DNA from: an uncultured Gammaproteobacteria bacterium
Lineage (GTDB): Bacteria; Patescibacteriota; Microgenomatia; UBA12405; CAZGPK01
DNA: 53,991 nucleotides
Assembly: GCA_964527115.1 (NCBI GenBank)
Contig: CAZGPK010000001.1
Location: 43,729-97,719, forward strand
Direction: 5' to 3'
Positions 17,057-26,358 of the stretch are shown here, in pieces (the stretch's first letter is position 1; each line of letters begins with the position of its first letter). A program made the position numbers and the translations under genes. The notes under the pieces were generated by a model. The model ran no database searches. It saw only the letters and a program-made list of their open reading frames with translations, and had not been told where the DNA came from.

Positions 17057-18105
17057 TTTTTGAGTTTTTTGGTTTTTTGTTTAAGGGTTAATTTTTGGTA
17101 GAAGCTTTCTGCTTCTTCTTTTGATTTTTGCCACCAGGCGGGATTTTTCTGGTACCAGGCAATAGTTTGAGTGAGGCCTTTTTCCAGAGAGTAGGTTGGT
17201 TGCCAACCTAGGTCTTGGTGGATTTTTTGAAAGCTAACTCGGTAGTCGTCGTGGCCGGGGCGGTCGGGAACAAACTCAATTCGGGATTCGGGGAGATTCA
17301 TGGCTTTTAGGATTTTCTTGACTAGGTCAAGATTGGAGACATCTTTGGTTAGACCACCAATGCAGTAGGTCTCCCCTATTCGGCCTTTGTTTAGAATGAG
17401 ATCGATTGCTTGGCAGTGATCGCTAACATGGAGCCAGTCGCGGATGTTTAGGCCTTGGCCGTAGATGGGGATATTTTTGCCTAAAATTAGGTTGGTGATA
17501 ATCCGGGGAATGAATTTTTCAGGGTTTTGGTAGGGACCGTAGTTGTTGGAGCAGTTGCTGATGGTGGTGGGTAAGCCAAAGCTGTGCTGAAAGGAGCGGA
17601 CCAGATGGTCGGAGGCGGCTTTGCTGGCTGAATAGGGGGAGCTTGGCTGATAGGCCCGGTCTTCAGTAAAGGTATCGCTGGGATCGGCGCGGTCGACGGA
17701 GCCAAAGACTTCGTCGGTAGAGACATGGTGGAAACGATTGATGGAGTGGTCTAGAGCAGTCTGGAGGAGGTTGTAGGTGCCAAGGATATTGGTGCGAAGG
17801 AAAAGAGTGGGATCAGCCAGAGAGCGATCAACGTGAGACTCAGCAGCAAAGTGGACAATGACGTCTATTTTTTTGTTTTTTTCTTTAGAATCTTTGAAAA
17901 TCTTTTGGACTAGGGCTTGGTCGCAGATATCGCCTTTTATAAAGTGGTAGCGAGGGTTATTTTCATATTCCTTTAGGCCTTTGGGGTTGGCGGCGTAGGT
18001 TAGCTTGTCAAGGTTGGTGATCTGGTCTTGAGGGTGTTTTTCTAGGTAGTAGCGGATGAAGTTGGTGCCGATAAATCCTGATCCTCCGGTAACAAGAATG
18101 TGCAT
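17053..18105 (-). CDS. rmlB: dTDP-glucose 4,6-dehydratase
   Basis: LVTGGSGFIG, DKLTYA, HFAAESHVDRS, HVSTDEVFG, PSSPYSASKA, SNNYGPYQ, RDWLHV.DH. An alternative start lies at 18144. Confidence 0.97.
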   Translation of the reverse strand: MHILVTGGSGFIGTNFIRYYLEKHPQDQITNLDKLTYAANPKGLKEYENNPRYHFIKGDICDQALVQKIFKDSKEKNKKIDVIVHFAAESHVDRSLADPTLFLRTNILGTYNLLQTALDHSINRFHHVSTDEVFGSVDRADPSDTFTEDRAYQPSSPYSASKAASDHLVRSFQHSFGLPTTISNCSNNYGPYQNPEKFIPRIITNLILGKNIPIYGQGLNIRDWLHVSDHCQAIDLILNKGRIGETYCIGGLTKDVSNLDLVKKILKAMNLPESRIEFVPDRPGHDDYRVSFQKIHQDLGWQPTYSLEKGLTQTIAWYQKNPAWWQKSKEEAESFYQKLTLKQKTKKLKK

Positions 18106-18202
18106 ACCTAGTTGGAGGATAACAGAGAGATGGGGGGCTTGCAAAGAACATAGATTTAGCGATAGGATGAGAAGTTACTCTTTATAATGGGGAGCCTTAA
18201 AA

Positions 18203-18925
18203 ATGAAAGGAATTATACTTGCAGGGGGAAAGGCAACAAGACTTAGGCCGCTTACCAAGATTACATCAAAGCAGTTATTGCCAGTTTATGATAAGCCGAT
18301 GATTTATTACCCAATTGAGACTTTAATTCGGGCAGGAATAAAGGATATTTTGATTATTATTGCCCCTGACTATGCAGGGCATTTTTTAAATCTTTTGGGA
18401 TCGGGGCGAGAGTTTGGGGTAGATTTTAGCTATGAGATACAAGAGGAGCCACGGGGCTTGGCAGATGCTTTCATCGTTGGAGAGAATTTTATTGGAAGAG
18501 ATAAGGTGACCATGATTTTGGGAGATAATATTTTTGAGGATGATTTTTCAGAGGATATTAAAGGGTTTGAAAAAGGGGCAATGGTTTTTGCCAAGAAAGT
18601 GCCGGATCCGGAACGCTTTGGAGTAGTAGAGTTTGACGAGAAGATGAGGGCGCTGTCAATTGAGGAAAAGCCAGAAAAGCCAAAGAGTGATTATGCGGTG
18701 GTGGGGCTTTATACATATGACAATCGGGTGATCGAGATTGCTAAGGGCCTAAAGCCTTCAGAGAGGGGTGAAATTGAGATAACTGATCTTAATAATAACT
18801 ATTTGAAGAGCGGTGAGTTAAAAGTGAATTTGATTGACGGGGTGTGGGAGGATGCGGGTAGTTTTGAGAGCTTATTGCGGGTTTCTAATTTTATGGCAGA
18901 AAAAAGAAAGAAAGAGAGGGTTTAG
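18203..18925 (+). CDS. rmlA: Glucose-1-phosphate thymidylyltransferase (short form)
   Basis: GIILAGG..TRL.PLT...SKQLLPVYDKPMIYYP, Q..P.GLA.AF, LGDN, EEKP, S.RGE.EIT, W.DAG. Confidence 0.92.
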   Translation: MKGIILAGGKATRLRPLTKITSKQLLPVYDKPMIYYPIETLIRAGIKDILIIIAPDYAGHFLNLLGSGREFGVDFSYEIQEEPRGLADAFIVGENFIGRDKVTMILGDNIFEDDFSEDIKGFEKGAMVFAKKVPDPERFGVVEFDEKMRALSIEEKPEKPKSDYAVVGLYTYDNRVIEIAKGLKPSERGEIEITDLNNNYLKSGELKVNLIDGVWEDAGSFESLLRVSNFMAEKRKKERV

Positions 18926-18986
18926 ATTGAGAAAGATTAGACCCGGATCTGTGTAAGTAAATAATTAAGCAGTTTTTGAGTATTTT

Positions 18987-19637
18987 TTAAGGGCAATGGG
19001 TTGATTTTTGGTAGCCTTCTTGTTGGGCTTCTTTTTCAGTACAGAACCATTTTTCACCAAGATCCAGTTCAATTGTGGTGCGATTATATTCTTGGCAGGT
19101 GGGGAGATGGTAGACTTTTACAAGATCGTTTCGGCCAATGTTCCCTTTTATTTGGCAATCTGGATTGTCGGGGTTTTCTATTTGCTGGCATTTGGAGCTC
19201 CAAAGGCCAAGTTCTTGTTCCTGGGCCTGGTTTACTGCTTCTTTGATAGTATCCCCTAGTCTGCTTTTAGTGCTGTCATAGCGGGCGAGGCCTTCTTCGG
19301 CCATTTGGAGATTGACGAGAGTTTTTCCCTGCCAGACAAGAGCAAGGGTTCTTTTGAATTTGTCTTGGGCAATGCGTTCTACTTTTACATATTTTCCCAA
19401 GATAAGTTTTTCTAGGTGCTCTTTGGCTTCTTGGCCGTTACAGAAGATAAGCTCGGGGGCATCAAGATCAGCAAGCTTGATGTTTTGGCCAGAGCTGATT
19501 ATGAAAGTGTCGCCGTCAGTTACTTCTTGGACTTTAAAGCTATCTTTTTGTTGATTTAGCAGATTGCCAAGAATGAAGTTTAGGATAAGGGAGAGAGCAA
19601 GAAGAAAGGGTAAAATAGCTTTTGATAGCTTGGACAC
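18987..19637 (-). CDS. Membrane-anchored thermonuclease (SNase-like) with Cys-rich C-terminal domain
   Basis: N-terminal TM; DGDTF, LDAPE, D..KR.LA, VN..M..EG.A, A.....G.W; C-terminal C.IKGNI...YH.P.C..Y..T.I....GE.WFC.E.EA..G. Confidence 0.88.
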   Translation of the reverse strand: MSKLSKAILPFLLALSLILNFILGNLLNQQKDSFKVQEVTDGDTFIISSGQNIKLADLDAPELIFCNGQEAKEHLEKLILGKYVKVERIAQDKFKRTLALVWQGKTLVNLQMAEEGLARYDSTKSRLGDTIKEAVNQAQEQELGLWSSKCQQIENPDNPDCQIKGNIGRNDLVKVYHLPTCQEYNRTTIELDLGEKWFCTEKEAQQEGYQKSTHCP

Positions 19638-19733
19638 AGTTTATTATACAAAAAGCTTTCTTTATTTTTATGGGTAAAAATTTGGTAAGAGATGGAAGAA
19701 AAGTTTGTGGTTTCGTGTTAAATTATCTTTTAG

Positions 19734-20078
19734 ATGAAATATCTGCTTTTACTTTCCGCCATGTTTTTGGCTGTGGTCGGCCAATTTGCTTTAAAAAAGG
19801 GTATTTCTTCTTCTGTTTTATCTTTTAATCTTGAGTCGATAGTTAAAACTCTTTTTTCTCCGATGGTTTTTTTTGGTTTTTGTCTGTATGGTTTTTCTTC
19901 AATTATCTGGCTTTTTGTTTTGCAGAAGTTTCCCCTATCTGTGGCTTACCCCTCTTTGGCTTTAACGTATATCTTTGTGCTTATTTTTTCGGTGTTGTTT
20001 TTTAAAGAATCTTTTAGTGTGGCAAAAATTGCAGGAGTGCTGTTAATATTTTTGGGAGTATGGGTCATAAACAAGTGA
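19734..20078 (+). CDS. EamA/SMR (ArnE/ArnF-like) 4-TM small transporter, candidate lipid-sugar flippase
   Basis: 114 aa, 4 TM; GQ..LK.G, PLSVAYP, E......KI.G..LI..G motifs. Confidence 0.85.
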   Translation: MKYLLLLSAMFLAVVGQFALKKGISSSVLSFNLESIVKTLFSPMVFFGFCLYGFSSIIWLFVLQKFPLSVAYPSLALTYIFVLIFSVLFFKESFSVAKIAGVLLIFLGVWVINK

Positions 20079-21130
20079 AGACTAAAACGGTGCTAATAAC
20101 CGGGTCGTCGGGGCTGATTGGCTCTGAGTCGGTGCGGTTTTTTGCTGATAAGGGTTTTAAAGTCGTGGGAGTTGATAATGATATGAGAAAGTATTTTTTT
20201 GGGAAAGAGGCAAGCACTAAGTGGCAGGGCGATGTTTTAAGAGAAAAATATGCTAATAAATTTGAGCTTTATGAGGCGGATGTAAGAGATAAAAAGGCGG
20301 TGGAAAAGATTTTTAAGAGTTATGAGTTTGATTTAATAATTCACACGGCGGCTCAGCCTTCACACGACTGGGCAGCAAAAGAGCCGATAACCGATTTTAC
20401 GGTAAATGCTAATGGAACTTTGGTGATGCTGGAGGCTTTCCGCAAGTGGGCGTCGGAGGCAACTTTTATTTTTACTTCAACTAATAAGGTTTATGGTGAT
20501 CGGCCCAATGACTTGCCCTTGGTTGAGCTTGAAAAGAGGTATGAGATCAGAAAAGACCACAAGTATTATCGGGGAATTGATGAGAGTATGAGCATTGACA
20601 ATACCAAGCACAGTGTTTTTGGGGCCTCAAAAGTGGCGGCAGACGTGATGGTGCAGGAGTATGGGAAATATTTTGGTTTAAATACGGCTATTTTTAGAGG
20701 AGGTTGTTTGACGGGTCCGGCACATAGCGGAACAAAACTTCACGGATTTTTGGCATATTTGGTGAAATGCATTGCCACGGGAACAAAGTACACGATTTTT
20801 GGGTACAAGGGAAAGCAGGTGCGGGACAATATTCATTCATATGATCTGGTTAATGCTTTTTATCATGTTTATAAAAAACCAAGGCAGGGGGAGGTCTATA
20901 ATATGGGCGGGGCCAGACAGTCTAATATTTCAATTTTGGAGGCAATTGAAAAAATTGAGAAAATATTGGGTAAAAAGGCAGTTTTTGAATATTCAAAAGA
21001 GAATAGGATTGGGGACCATATTTGGTATATAAGTGATGTGTCAAAATTTAAAAAGCATTATCCGAAATGGGATTTTAAATATAATATAGATGATATCTTG
21101 GAAGATATTTGTAAAAATGGTCATTTTTAA
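20075..21130 (+). CDS. NAD-dependent epimerase/dehydratase, CDP-tyvelose (RfbE)-like family, with FxxxK in place of YxxxK
   Basis: [47 protein letters not shown] start at 20075 forms a GTGA overlap with the upstream stop (alternative start 20060). Confidence 0.85.
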   Translation: MKTKTVLITGSSGLIGSESVRFFADKGFKVVGVDNDMRKYFFGKEASTKWQGDVLREKYANKFELYEADVRDKKAVEKIFKSYEFDLIIHTAAQPSHDWAAKEPITDFTVNANGTLVMLEAFRKWASEATFIFTSTNKVYGDRPNDLPLVELEKRYEIRKDHKYYRGIDESMSIDNTKHSVFGASKVAADVMVQEYGKYFGLNTAIFRGGCLTGPAHSGTKLHGFLAYLVKCIATGTKYTIFGYKGKQVRDNIHSYDLVNAFYHVYKKPRQGEVYNMGGARQSNISILEAIEKIEKILGKKAVFEYSKENRIGDHIWYISDVSKFKKHYPKWDFKYNIDDILEDICKNGHF

Positions 21131-21138
21131 GTTTTTTT

Positions 21139-22206
21139 ATGAAGTATAGAAAAGTTTTAGTGACGGGAGGGGCGGGTTTTTTGGGGTCAAGCTTGTCAAT
21201 TGCTCTCAAAAAAAACTGGCCGGAGATAGAAGTACTAGCCTTTGACAATCTTAAGAGGCGGGGGTCGGAGCTTAATTTAACCAGGCTTAAAGGTGCGGGA
21301 GTGGTCTTTGTTCATGGGGATGTCAGAAGCCCAGAAGACCTTGAATCTTTTGGGGGGGTTGACCTTATTGTTGAGTGTTCGGCAGAACCTTCGGTTTTGG
21401 CGGGGATCAATGGCTCTCCGCTTTATGTTTTGAATACGAATTTAGTAGGAGCGTTAAACTGCCTGGAGTTGGCCAGAAAAAATGGGGCTGATTTTTTCTT
21501 TATTTCCACCAGTCGGGTTTACCCCTATGATTTGCTGGAAAAGGCAAAAGTAAAAGAGGAAGTTCGTCGCTTCGCTTTTGAAGAGAGACAGGCGATGGTA
21601 GGCTTATCAGATAAAGGGGTTAGTGAAGAGTTTCCTTTGCAAGGAGTGAGGTCACTTTATGGGGCTACCAAGCTTTCAGCTGAGTTCTTTTTGGCAGAAT
21701 ACGCGGCCAATTACGGGATTGGGTACATTGTTAATCGGTTTGGGTGTATTGCTGGGCCCTGGCAGATGGGCAAAATTGATCAGGGGGTAATGGCTCTTTG
21801 GGTGGCGGCTCATGTTTTTGGAAAGAAGCTAAAGTATATTGGCTTTGGTGCTGAGGGAAAACAGGTACGAGACTTTATTCATGTTGATGATGCAGTAGAG
21901 GTAATTATGAAACAGATTGAGAATCTTGAAGATTTAAATGGAGAAGTCTTTAATGTCGGAGGGGGGAGGCAAAACAGTATTTCTTTGAGAGAGTTAACAG
22001 ATTTGTGCGAGAAGGTGACGGAGAAGAAAATAGAGATTGGGGCTGAGGTGCAAACTAGGCCCGGAGACCTGAAGATTTATGTGTCTGATAATAGAAAGAT
22101 TGAGGAAAGGTTGGGATGGAAAGTTAAAAGAAGCCTGGAGGACATTGTGCGGGATACTAAAGAGTGGATGGAGCGTAATGTTGATATTTTAGGAAATATT
22201 TTATAG
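21139..22206 (+). CDS. NAD-dependent epimerase/dehydratase, second RfbE-like paralog
   Basis: GGAGFLG, DNL.RRGS, CSAEPSV, STSRVY, SLYGATK, GP.Q.GK.DQG, GKQVRD. Confidence 0.88.
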   Translation: MKYRKVLVTGGAGFLGSSLSIALKKNWPEIEVLAFDNLKRRGSELNLTRLKGAGVVFVHGDVRSPEDLESFGGVDLIVECSAEPSVLAGINGSPLYVLNTNLVGALNCLELARKNGADFFFISTSRVYPYDLLEKAKVKEEVRRFAFEERQAMVGLSDKGVSEEFPLQGVRSLYGATKLSAEFFLAEYAANYGIGYIVNRFGCIAGPWQMGKIDQGVMALWVAAHVFGKKLKYIGFGAEGKQVRDFIHVDDAVEVIMKQIENLEDLNGEVFNVGGGRQNSISLRELTDLCEKVTEKKIEIGAEVQTRPGDLKIYVSDNRKIEERLGWKVKRSLEDIVRDTKEWMERNVDILGNIL

Positions 22207-22252
22207 TAAGAGTATTTTATAGATGTTTTTTTTGAATATTTAAAATTTTTTT

Positions 22253-22996
22253 ATGAAAAAGAAATTATCAGTAGTTATCCCCGCTTATAATGAGGAGGGA
22301 GAAATCGAAAAAACAGTGAGGGCTTTTTCGGAAAAGCTAAAAAAGGAAAAAATAGTTCACGAGATATTAGTGGTAAATGATAATAGTAGGGACGGGACAG
22401 AGGGTATTTTAAAAAAACTTGAGAAAGAGATAAAAGAGTTTCGATATGTAAACAATAGCCCACCTAATGGTTTTGGTTTTGCGGTTAGGCGGGGTCTTGA
22501 TGAGTTTAGTGGTGATTTGGTGGCGGTAGTGATGGCTGATCTGTCAGATGATCCCAAAGACCTGGTGAGAATGTATGGGAGAGCTTTAAAAGGGTCTGAC
22601 TGTGTGTTTGGGAGTAGATTTGTGAAAGGGGGAAGCGTGATTGACTATCCGATTCACAAGCTTTTATTAAACCGGTTTATCAATAATATTATTAGGGCTT
22701 TGTTTTTAATAAAGTACAATGATGTGACCAATGCTTTTAAGCTTTATTCAAAAGAGACAATTAAAGGATTGAGACCCTTCTTGAGCAATCATTTTAATCT
22801 AACGGTAGAATTGCCCCTTAAGGCAATAGTCAGAGGCTATTCGTATACAGTTATTCCCAACAAGTGGACAAACAGAAAGAGCGGGGTGTCAAAGCTAAAG
22901 ATAAAAGAGATGGGGTCAAGATACTTTTTTATTATTCTCTATTGCTACTTAGAAAAACTTTTATCTAGAGGGGATTACAAGAAGAAGCAGAATTAA
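22253..22996 (+). CDS. DPM-synthase-like polyprenyl-phosphate glycosyltransferase (GT2)
   Basis: SVVIPAYNEE, VNDNS.DGT, MAD.SD.P, GSRF, DVTNAFK.Y. Confidence 0.9.
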   Translation: MKKKLSVVIPAYNEEGEIEKTVRAFSEKLKKEKIVHEILVVNDNSRDGTEGILKKLEKEIKEFRYVNNSPPNGFGFAVRRGLDEFSGDLVAVVMADLSDDPKDLVRMYGRALKGSDCVFGSRFVKGGSVIDYPIHKLLLNRFINNIIRALFLIKYNDVTNAFKLYSKETIKGLRPFLSNHFNLTVELPLKAIVRGYSYTVIPNKWTNRKSGVSKLKIKEMGSRYFFIILYCYLEKLLSRGDYKKKQN

Positions 22997-23011
22997 AAAA
23001 AGACAAAAAAT

Positions 23012-23653
23012 ATGGATTTAAAAGATATATATAGAAATAGGTTTGTGAATAAAGAGGAAAGAGTCAAAATGTGGAAGATTTTAGTTGAAGATTTTTTTCA
23101 GAAGTATATGGGTAAAGGTGATGTAGTTCTTGATATCCCTTGTGGTTATTGTGAATTTATTAATAATGTTAAATGTAAAAAGAAAATTGCCATAGATTTA
23201 AATGGAGATGGTAAAAAATATACTGGAGTTGGGGTGGAGTTTTATAAATCTAGTTCAGTAAAACTTCCATTGAGAGATAGGTCTATTGATAAAATATTTG
23301 TCAGTAATTTTTTTGAACATTTAAACAGAGATGATATACAAAAGACGATTAGTGAATTTAAAAGGGTTTTAGCAGAAGGTGGCCAGGTGTTGGTTTTGCA
23401 ACCTAATATTAGGTTTTGCCAGAAAGACTATTGGATGTTTTTTGACCATATTACACCAATTGATGACAGGGCTTTGGATGAGGTTTTTAGTGCTAATGGC
23501 TTTAAGTTAAAGGAGAAGATATTAAGGTTTTTGCCATATACTACTAAAAGTAAGTTTCCAGTAAATCAAATTTTAATAAGGCTGTACTTAAAATTATCTT
23601 TTTTTTGGAAAGTTTTTGGTAAACAAAGTTTTATGATTTTTGAGAAAATATGA
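23012..23653 (+). CDS. Class I SAM-dependent methyltransferase
   Basis: VLDIPCGYCEF, SNFFEHL, L..GG......PN, FFDH. Confidence 0.88.
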   Translation: MDLKDIYRNRFVNKEERVKMWKILVEDFFQKYMGKGDVVLDIPCGYCEFINNVKCKKKIAIDLNGDGKKYTGVGVEFYKSSSVKLPLRDRSIDKIFVSNFFEHLNRDDIQKTISEFKRVLAEGGQVLVLQPNIRFCQKDYWMFFDHITPIDDRALDEVFSANGFKLKEKILRFLPYTTKSKFPVNQILIRLYLKLSFFWKVFGKQSFMIFEKI

Positions 23654-24978
23654 AATTTAGAAAGATATTTATAAGTTTGAGCCAATGGCTTAGAAACCAT
23701 GAATTATTTGTTATATTCACAATATTTTATTTAGTGTTCGGGAGAACTTTTTTTGATTTTATTTCAGACCATGCAGTAAATATATTAAAGGGAGATCAGT
23801 GGAATGTTGTGGATTTAGTCACTAATTCTTTTAATCTAAGCGACTTGCTTTATCAGCACAATGAACACAGGATTGGTACTGGGCTTTTCGTTATGAAGTT
23901 TTTGGCGTCACTGTCAAGTTGGAATATCAGATATGAAACTTATTTTACAGGTATTTTAATATTAGCTAGTTCTGTTTTTGCTTTATTGTTAAAGAAAAAA
24001 CTTTTTAAGAAGTTAGATATTTTTGATATTTTTATCCCTTATATTTTTTTGAATCTTTATCAGTGGGAAAATTTACTTTGGGGGTTTCAGATAGCCTTTG
24101 TTTTACCTTTGTTCTTTTTGTTTATAAGTTTGTACCTGTTTACCTTTAGGGCTTCTTTTTTAAGAAACATATTGGTAAGCATCATTGTTTTATTTTCTGC
24201 ATATTCGTCTTTCCATGGTTTGTTTTTGGGTGGTATTGTCTTACTTTGTGGATTAAAAGCTTTGGCTTGGGAAGGTAAGAAAGGTAAGAAACATCTTTTA
24301 TCTCTTGTTTTGCCGGCTTTATTTGTTTTATCCACCTATTTTATAGGTTATGAATTTAGAACGAAAAATCTAATGACTGGAATTGAGGAGGTTCATTTGT
24401 TGTCTGTTTTGCAATACTTGTGTTTTCAAATAAATAATTATGTTGGGAATCAATCTTATGGTACATTATTTTATTTTTTGCCAGTGTTGTTTCTTTTTCT
24501 CTTTTTAGTTGTACTTTATAAAACAATAAAAGTAAAAGGTGAAACTAAATATTTTATTATTTTGTCGGTGTTTTTGTATTCATTTTTATTTATGTTATTT
24601 ACAGTGACGGGGAGGCTACATTCGGGTGTTCACCAGGCTATGGCTTCAAGATATGTTACACACATGACTCCTTTATTTTTTGGCTCCTATTTAGTGCTTA
24701 GGATTCTGTGGAGAAAAAAAAGGAAAAATTTATTGTTTATCCTTATCTTTTTGTTTGCTTGTTTTTCTGCTGCTAATAATCATTTGAACTACAATCATGC
24801 TGAGGCAAGACGAAAAAAGTTAGTTGAGTGGAAAGATTGTTTTTTAGAAAATGGAATAGTTTCGGACTGCAACGAGAATACTAAGTACTTTATTTATCCT
24901 ATCTTTGGAGATGGTTTAGTGCAATCTAAAATGAAAATACTGGAAGAAAAAAATCTAAATTTGTTTAACGGGAAATAA
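23650..24978 (+). CDS. Polytopic membrane protein, probable GT-C glycosyltransferase
   Basis: First external loop GDQW...QHNEHR; Q.ENL.WGFQ; RY near the last TM; about 11 TM segments; last gene of a GT2/flippase operon. Confidence 0.65.
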   Translation: MKFRKIFISLSQWLRNHELFVIFTIFYLVFGRTFFDFISDHAVNILKGDQWNVVDLVTNSFNLSDLLYQHNEHRIGTGLFVMKFLASLSSWNIRYETYFTGILILASSVFALLLKKKLFKKLDIFDIFIPYIFLNLYQWENLLWGFQIAFVLPLFFLFISLYLFTFRASFLRNILVSIIVLFSAYSSFHGLFLGGIVLLCGLKALAWEGKKGKKHLLSLVLPALFVLSTYFIGYEFRTKNLMTGIEEVHLLSVLQYLCFQINNYVGNQSYGTLFYFLPVLFLFLFLVVLYKTIKVKGETKYFIILSVFLYSFLFMLFTVTGRLHSGVHQAMASRYVTHMTPLFFGSYLVLRILWRKKRKNLLFILIFLFACFSAANNHLNYNHAEARRKKLVEWKDCFLENGIVSDCNENTKYFIYPIFGDGLVQSKMKILEEKNLNLFNGK

Positions 24979-24994
24979 TTTTTTACACTGAATT

Positions 24995-26275
24995 TTATTC
25001 GTTTTTTTTGTTTTTTAATAAAAGATCTTTTTTGAGAAGTTTTGTGCAAGTTTCTTTGGGGAGTTTTAATGACCATGTTGGATTACTTTTTCCGTTAATC
25101 TGTATCGGAATAACATAGTTTTCATAGTTAGCACATTTTTTTGCGTGATATATCCAGTTTAAATCACTATGTTTTCTGTTCCACACAGGAAAAGCATTTA
25201 TTATGGCGGCTAGTATTAATATGTTCGGGAATATTTTTATTAATTTGGTCTTAGTATTGGTAGATAACTGGATTAAAAGCCAATATAAAATTATATATGT
25301 AAAGAAAAAATAACGGGGTCCTGCGAACTGTGGGTGTATTCGTATTGGATCAATTCTAATAACCGATGAAGCAATAGTTCCCAATAATAGGTAGATTATA
25401 CTTAACCTTAAAAAGTTGGGTTTTGTTTTTAAAAAAAATAAAATAATCATTATTAAAACTATCATACCCAGAAACCACAGAACATATGGATTCCCGATAA
25501 CAAAATTCCCGATGACGAAATTTCCCAAAAATACGGGGGTTACGTTTTTGACTATGGAATTAATCTCTGGTATTTTTCCTGGCAGTGTTTGTGAAACAAA
25601 ATAAAGCTGGATTGTTGTTATTGATAGACTGATTAAGGCTATAATTTTTTCGATAAGAATATTTTTAAAGTGTACTATCCTGTAAATAAGTAGCGGGGAA
25701 ATCAGAATTATAATCGGAGAGGATAAGCCTCCAATTAATAAAAATAATATTCGTAGTAAGGGGAAGCTATATTTCTCATCCCATAGTACAAGTAAAAAAA
25801 GAAGGATTGATGACCACCAAAATGAATAAAGTGGAATTCCAAAAACCTCGGGATTAGTAGGTATAAAAAATATCAAGAAAGCACATAGTGTTTTTCGTTT
25901 TAAATATGTTGGACATAAAGCAACGCACATTACAACAAATATTATAAATAACCAGCAAATAATAGTGCTAATTATGTGGTATTGTGTGAAAGAAATTGAA
26001 AGTGAAACTGCTGATATTATTCTAGAAATAACTATTAAATATCCATTTATTGGTTCGAAAATTGAGGTAAGTCCCTTGGTTGCAAGACCAAAAATAACCG
26101 TACCGTCTTCATTCCATACCTGTGGACATACGAGCTGTGACCATCGCCTTGAAGTTAAAAGTAAAAAAAATGTGAGAGCTAAAAGGGGATTTGTTATTTT
26201 TTTCTCGTTAGCCCAGTTTATGAGTTTTAAGGTTTTGTTTCTTGAGTATTTTAAAAACGATGTCAAGTAAACCAT
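24995..26275 (-). CDS. Polytopic membrane protein, probable GT-C (GtrII-like) glycosyltransferase
   Basis: RR......Q.WNEDG loop, P..GYL....R, GPRYFF; about 11 TM segments; very AT-rich. Confidence 0.65.
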   Translation of the reverse strand: MVYLTSFLKYSRNKTLKLINWANEKKITNPLLALTFFLLLTSRRWSQLVCPQVWNEDGTVIFGLATKGLTSIFEPINGYLIVISRIISAVSLSISFTQYHIISTIICWLFIIFVVMCVALCPTYLKRKTLCAFLIFFIPTNPEVFGIPLYSFWWSSILLFLLVLWDEKYSFPLLRILFLLIGGLSSPIIILISPLLIYRIVHFKNILIEKIIALISLSITTIQLYFVSQTLPGKIPEINSIVKNVTPVFLGNFVIGNFVIGNPYVLWFLGMIVLIMIILFFLKTKPNFLRLSIIYLLLGTIASSVIRIDPIRIHPQFAGPRYFFFTYIILYWLLIQLSTNTKTKLIKIFPNILILAAIINAFPVWNRKHSDLNWIYHAKKCANYENYVIPIQINGKSNPTWSLKLPKETCTKLLKKDLLLKNKKNE

Positions 26276-26358
26276 TTATATGGAAATATGATAAATTGCG
26301 TTTCGATAATTCTGAGAATACGGCTGCATGATTGGATGTGTTGTTTAATTAGACCTTT

